This document shows, one piece after another, positions 26,448 to 29,646 of a stretch of DNA of 29,646 bases. The position numbers and the translations under genes are program-made. The notes beneath the pieces were generated by a model, which saw nothing but the letters and a program-made list of their open reading frames with translations, searched no databases and had not been told where the DNA came from. The stretch's first letter is position 1. Every line of letters begins with the position of its first letter. The DNA comes from a virus (taxonomy: Duplodnaviria > Caudoviricetes), in IMG/VR virus record IMGVR_UViG_3300030372_000255, positions 1 to 29,646 of that record; one strand, 5' to 3'.

Positions 26448-27923
26448 TTATGTCCTTTGTGTCCTCCTGTTTTTACTTTTATTTAATGTCAGTGTATATT
26501 GCTTTTTACCATTGTTAGCTGTAGTCTGTCTCTCTAACTCCTCTGATGCCATAATTACAGGCTCTATGTGTTTCCTTAGTGTGCCCTGGTTTCCAAAATC
26601 TACACTGTTCTGTTTTAACATAAATACATTATTAGACAAAAACAAACCCTCTAGCCATATAGCCTCATCATCTGTAATAAAATCAGTGTTAATAGTAATC
26701 ATCTCTGTAGCTTGACTCTTAAATATCTTTTTGCCTCCTTTGTATCCATCTATTTTGTATTTATCTCCATTCCATGTGCCCTCCTGTGATTGAAAGCTGA
26801 CCATATCTTTAGAGAAAGTTCTAATGCTTTTTTGTGTAAAATTATAGTAATCCCATACACCATATTTGTTAATCCAGCACAGCCTTATAGTTTCAAAACC
26901 CTGGCAGCTATCCTCCTGCTTATAAAACTCATAAGACTTACTTACTACATTATCATCTCCATCTAATGCCTGCACTGTGTAATAGTCCCAGTTTGTAGGT
27001 ATAGTATGTCCTGCATTTTTTTGATTTGCTGTGCCTACTCCATAATACTGTAATTTTAAATTACTATCTCCCTGCTGTGCTATTCCTGCTACTCCTCCTA
27101 ATCCTCCATTGCCTGATAATGCAGTGTCTATAGCAGCACCCTGTGTAGAGCCATTAAAATAATATTGTATCCTCATTTTCCCTATACTATTTGTAGAGTC
27201 TGCACCAGTGTTAAAATCACTAGGAAAGCCACCAGCTTGTAGATTATTAAAAAAGCCCATAGTAGCAAAGTCCTCTAGTCTTATATACTGCTTTACAGGT
27301 GCATCAGTTAAAAATCTACCATCTGTGTTATTCATTATATAATTATGAAAATTTAAATTATAGCCAAAATTACCACTGACCTCATTAAGTATGTCATCAT
27401 GGTCTAGGTATCCATTAAATATGCATAACACCTCTGCTGTCTTATGGTTAGTAGTCTCTATCACAGGCTCTGTTAAGTTTGTAGCATACTCTGTATTTAT
27501 TATGACTCTAACAAATTTAACTGCATTTTGATTAGCTGTAAAATTATCTATAATATGTATTATATGTGACTTTGTGTCGTATGATGTGCCTTTATATGTA
27601 GACTGCAAATTACTAGCAGAGCCTGTAGATGATGGTGCTCCTCCCTCAAAATCAGGACTAACATAATTATCTAATATAGGAGATAAGTCAAAAATACCTA
27701 CACCTGAGCTATTAGGATTCGTTTTAAGCGTTGCTACTAAACTATTAGCTCCTAAGTTAGATGTAGACCCTAAGTCAGACTCATTATGTGCTACATAGAC
27801 TCTAGCTATGTATTTCATTTTTACAAAATTAGTAACTGCATTTAAGTCTTTAGCAGTATATATAATTTTTTCTCCTGCTGGCAGCAAATCGTAAAGTGGC
27901 TGCTGGTGTATTGTTAATGCCAT
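26448..27923 (-). CDS. Minor tail protein (distal tail-like)
   Basis: C-terminal WINKYGVWDYYNF...INTDFI...WLEGLFLS. Confidence 0.65.
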   Translation of the reverse strand: MALTIHQQPLYDLLPAGEKIIYTAKDLNAVTNFVKMKYIARVYVAHNESDLGSTSNLGANSLVATLKTNPNSSGVGIFDLSPILDNYVSPDFEGGAPSSTGSASNLQSTYKGTSYDTKSHIIHIIDNFTANQNAVKFVRVIINTEYATNLTEPVIETTNHKTAEVLCIFNGYLDHDDILNEVSGNFGYNLNFHNYIMNNTDGRFLTDAPVKQYIRLEDFATMGFFNNLQAGGFPSDFNTGADSTNSIGKMRIQYYFNGSTQGAAIDTALSGNGGLGGVAGIAQQGDSNLKLQYYGVGTANQKNAGHTIPTNWDYYTVQALDGDDNVVSKSYEFYKQEDSCQGFETIRLCWINKYGVWDYYNFTQKSIRTFSKDMVSFQSQEGTWNGDKYKIDGYKGGKKIFKSQATEMITINTDFITDDEAIWLEGLFLSNNVFMLKQNSVDFGNQGTLRKHIEPVIMASEELERQTTANNGKKQYTLTLNKSKNRRTQRT

Positions 27924-27926
27924 ATT

Positions 27927-28529
27927 TTATATTTTTGAACCAAATGCATGAGTCATAAGTCCTACCTCTATGTCTCTTGCAAAATTTTCTTTTAACTTTT
28001 TATTAAATAGTCTTTTTGTAGCACTTATAGGCTGTGTGTAAAAACTTATGCCAGGTGTTCCTCTTCTAAATATACCATAAGATATAGCAAATGCTAAGTC
28101 TTTTATAGTTTGTCCTGGTTTTACAGATATGCCTTTTTTAGTTATCCAAGGTATTATACTATTGACAGGTGGCTTTTTTGTTTTAAACTTATAAGGACTC
28201 CTCCTCCTTTTGCCATCTATAGTAATATATGTCCTATACCCTGCTACTGTAGTAGGAGTTTCACTACCTCCCTTAGATACTAATCCTCCTACTCCCTCTA
28301 CTCCTTTTTCTACAAACTCTCCATACTTATTGCTGTTAAATTCTACACTAAAATCTTGCTTTTTAAAATTTAACTTATATTTAAGACTGTTTTTTAAGTC
28401 CCCACTACTCCCTTTAGTTTTTTTAGCAATAGTCTTTCTAGCCTGTCTAACTATAAATTTGCCATAAGAGTTAAGATAGTCCTCTAGATTCTTATAAGTC
28501 TTTCTCTGTATCCAGCCTCTAGCACTCAT
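27927..28529 (-). CDS. Basic neck/tail completion protein (HK97 gp10-like)
   Basis: SGDLKNSL, YGEFVEKG, AFAISYGIFRRGTPG motifs. Confidence 0.65.
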   Translation of the reverse strand: MSARGWIQRKTYKNLEDYLNSYGKFIVRQARKTIAKKTKGSSGDLKNSLKYKLNFKKQDFSVEFNSNKYGEFVEKGVEGVGGLVSKGGSETPTTVAGYRTYITIDGKRRRSPYKFKTKKPPVNSIIPWITKKGISVKPGQTIKDLAFAISYGIFRRGTPGISFYTQPISATKRLFNKKLKENFARDIEVGLMTHAFGSKI

Positions 28530-29000
28530 CTATATACTAGCTACAAAAACCTCAACTTTTACAGCCTGATCTGCACTATCTACTATGATACTCTCTAAGT
28601 CATGCATAGATGTGTTTATAGTAGCATTAGCATCTGACACAGCTACAGAGCTATGAGGAGTCCCCATAACAAAACTATGTCCTGCTGGCAGTGATATTGT
28701 AGCACTTTCATCTGCAGCACTGTCATCACTACCTGCATCTATTTGCAGTGATAAGTTTACATTATTAGTAGAGTCTAGGTTAGTTATTCTAATATACTTA
28801 GTATTTTGTATATCTAATGCTCCATCACTACTAGCTACTGTGTCCTTAGTAACTAATACTGTAGTGTCAGAGTTAGCAGGTATAGTCACTACTCTCTCAA
28901 AAGTATGCTCTATGCTGTCTATTGTTAATGTGTTTGTAGAGCCTCTAGTCACACCATTTATTGTGACTGACTCTGTAATTGTCTGTGTTAATGTAGCCAT
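28530..29000 (-). CDS. Beta-rich virion protein (hypothetical)
   Basis: MATLT..ITESVTING, KYIRITNLD, VEVFVAS. Confidence 0.6.
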   Translation of the reverse strand: MATLTQTITESVTINGVTRGSTNTLTIDSIEHTFERVVTIPANSDTTVLVTKDTVASSDGALDIQNTKYIRITNLDSTNNVNLSLQIDAGSDDSAADESATISLPAGHSFVMGTPHSSVAVSDANATINTSMHDLESIIVDSADQAVKVEVFVASI

Positions 29001-29003
29001 TAT

Positions 29004-29396
29004 TTACTTTTTTTTATTATCTATTTGTTTTAATTTTCTTATTGCCCAGTTAATACCTGATGTGCCACCCCATCCTAGCCATGAAACATAGCCTTTGTCT
29101 TTCCATGGAGTTGCTTTGTATTTAGGGTCTATCTCTGCATTTTTCTCATGTCTTTTAAATGATGCCATCCTGGCAATAGTTTCTCTCGTTATATTGCCTT
29201 TCCTAGCTAAAGTGGATGCTCTTCGCCACCCTATGGCAGTCATTCCTTTTACCTCATCTCTACCATGCTCATCTCTCCATCTTAGCACTTTTTTTGCATT
29301 ATTACTAGCAGATTCAGGATAGTCATTATATGACTCAAATTGCACTTTTATTGCCTCTAATTTTGTTAGTATATTTTCTATATTATTTTTTATCAT
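29004..29396 (-). CDS. Hypothetical protein with leader ending KVQF and basic Trp/Gly-rich domain
   Basis: ESYNDYP...GWRRA..LA...TIARMASF.RH...WLGWGG..G..WA. Confidence 0.75.
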   Translation of the reverse strand: MIKNNIENILTKLEAIKVQFESYNDYPESASNNAKKVLRWRDEHGRDEVKGMTAIGWRRASTLARKGNITRETIARMASFKRHEKNAEIDPKYKATPWKDKGYVSWLGWGGTSGINWAIRKLKQIDNKKK

Positions 29397-29463
29397 TATA
29401 TCTTATAGTTATTTTAAAAAATCCTATCTCTATTACAAATCTGCCTAGTTTTATTTTACACAT
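29383..29463 (-). CDS. Possible 26 aa micro-ORF
   Basis: MCKIKLGRFVIEIGFFKITIRYNDKK*; bridges both neighbours with overlaps. Confidence 0.4.
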   Translation of the reverse strand: MCKIKLGRFVIEIGFFKITIRYNDKK

Positions 29464-29547
29464 GTAACACTAGTATCTATAGGTATATCACAGCTATCTA
29501 ACTCACTTTCTACCTCTACTGCTACATCAAACACCCATCCTGTCACA
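29451..29547 (-). CDS. 3' part of origin-spanning putative tail terminator gene
   Basis: Continues the frame from base 1: ...YVTGWVFDVAVEVESELDSCDIPIDTSVTCVK*, TAA at 29451-29453. Confidence 0.75.
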
Positions 29548-29646
29548 TAATTGTCAAATCTTTCTTGAAATGGCTCTAATGCAAAGTCATCATTTACAAA
29601 ATATCTAGCTTCTTTGTCTGCAGTAACATCTCTGTGATTAAGTATG
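29548..29646. repeat. Terminal direct repeat, right copy
   Basis: Identical to 1-99. Confidence 0.95.

Noticed and set aside
754-29322. All plus-strand ORFs in the track (e.g. 14151-14603, 19071-19601, 21951-22337)
   Set aside because: They are antisense shadows of motif-bearing minus-strand genes, with Ser/Leu/Phe-rich low-complexity translations and mostly non-ATG starts
1-29646. Alternative genetic code, CRISPR array, tRNA, integrase, DGR/reverse transcriptase, introns
   Set aside because: Genes tile the genome under the standard code with TAA, TAG and TGA all used as stops; no spaced repeats, cloverleaf, recombinase or RT motifs seen; no unexplained gap large enough

Overview
The window is an apparently complete, circularly assembled tailed-phage genome. 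It has about 29,547 bp of unique sequence, and bases 1-99 repeat exactly at 29548-29646. All credible genes lie on the minus strand. A textbook Bacteroidota promoter (TTTG-N20-TAGTTTTG at 10550-10581) and SD-less A-rich start contexts point to a Bacteroidota (Flavobacteriia-like) host. The early/middle block encodes an SSB-like protein, a DnaA-domain-IV-like HTH protein, a replication initiator, two DNA methyltransferases, a sigma-like factor, NinG, Nmad1 and ParB-like proteins. The late block is siphovirus-like but in an unusual order: terminase, tail chaperone, tail tip genes, tape measure, protease, scaffold, capsid, tail tube, portal, lysis. I saw no integrase, polymerase or helicase. Main observations: (1) a -1 frameshift tail chaperone missed by the ORF track; (2) a four-copy late-promoter motif AA(A/C)TA-N13-TCTATTATATA, in three cases only 2 nt before the ATG, implying near-leaderless mRNAs probably driven by the phage sigma factor; (3) a portal polyprotein carrying Cys/His micro-domains and a MuF-like domain, plus free genes sharing a [KR]-x-[EDQ]-[LF] leader motif, suggesting protease-processed capsid cargo; (4) extreme CpG depletion with local CG islands. 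Product calls come from motif recognition only; no database searches were run.
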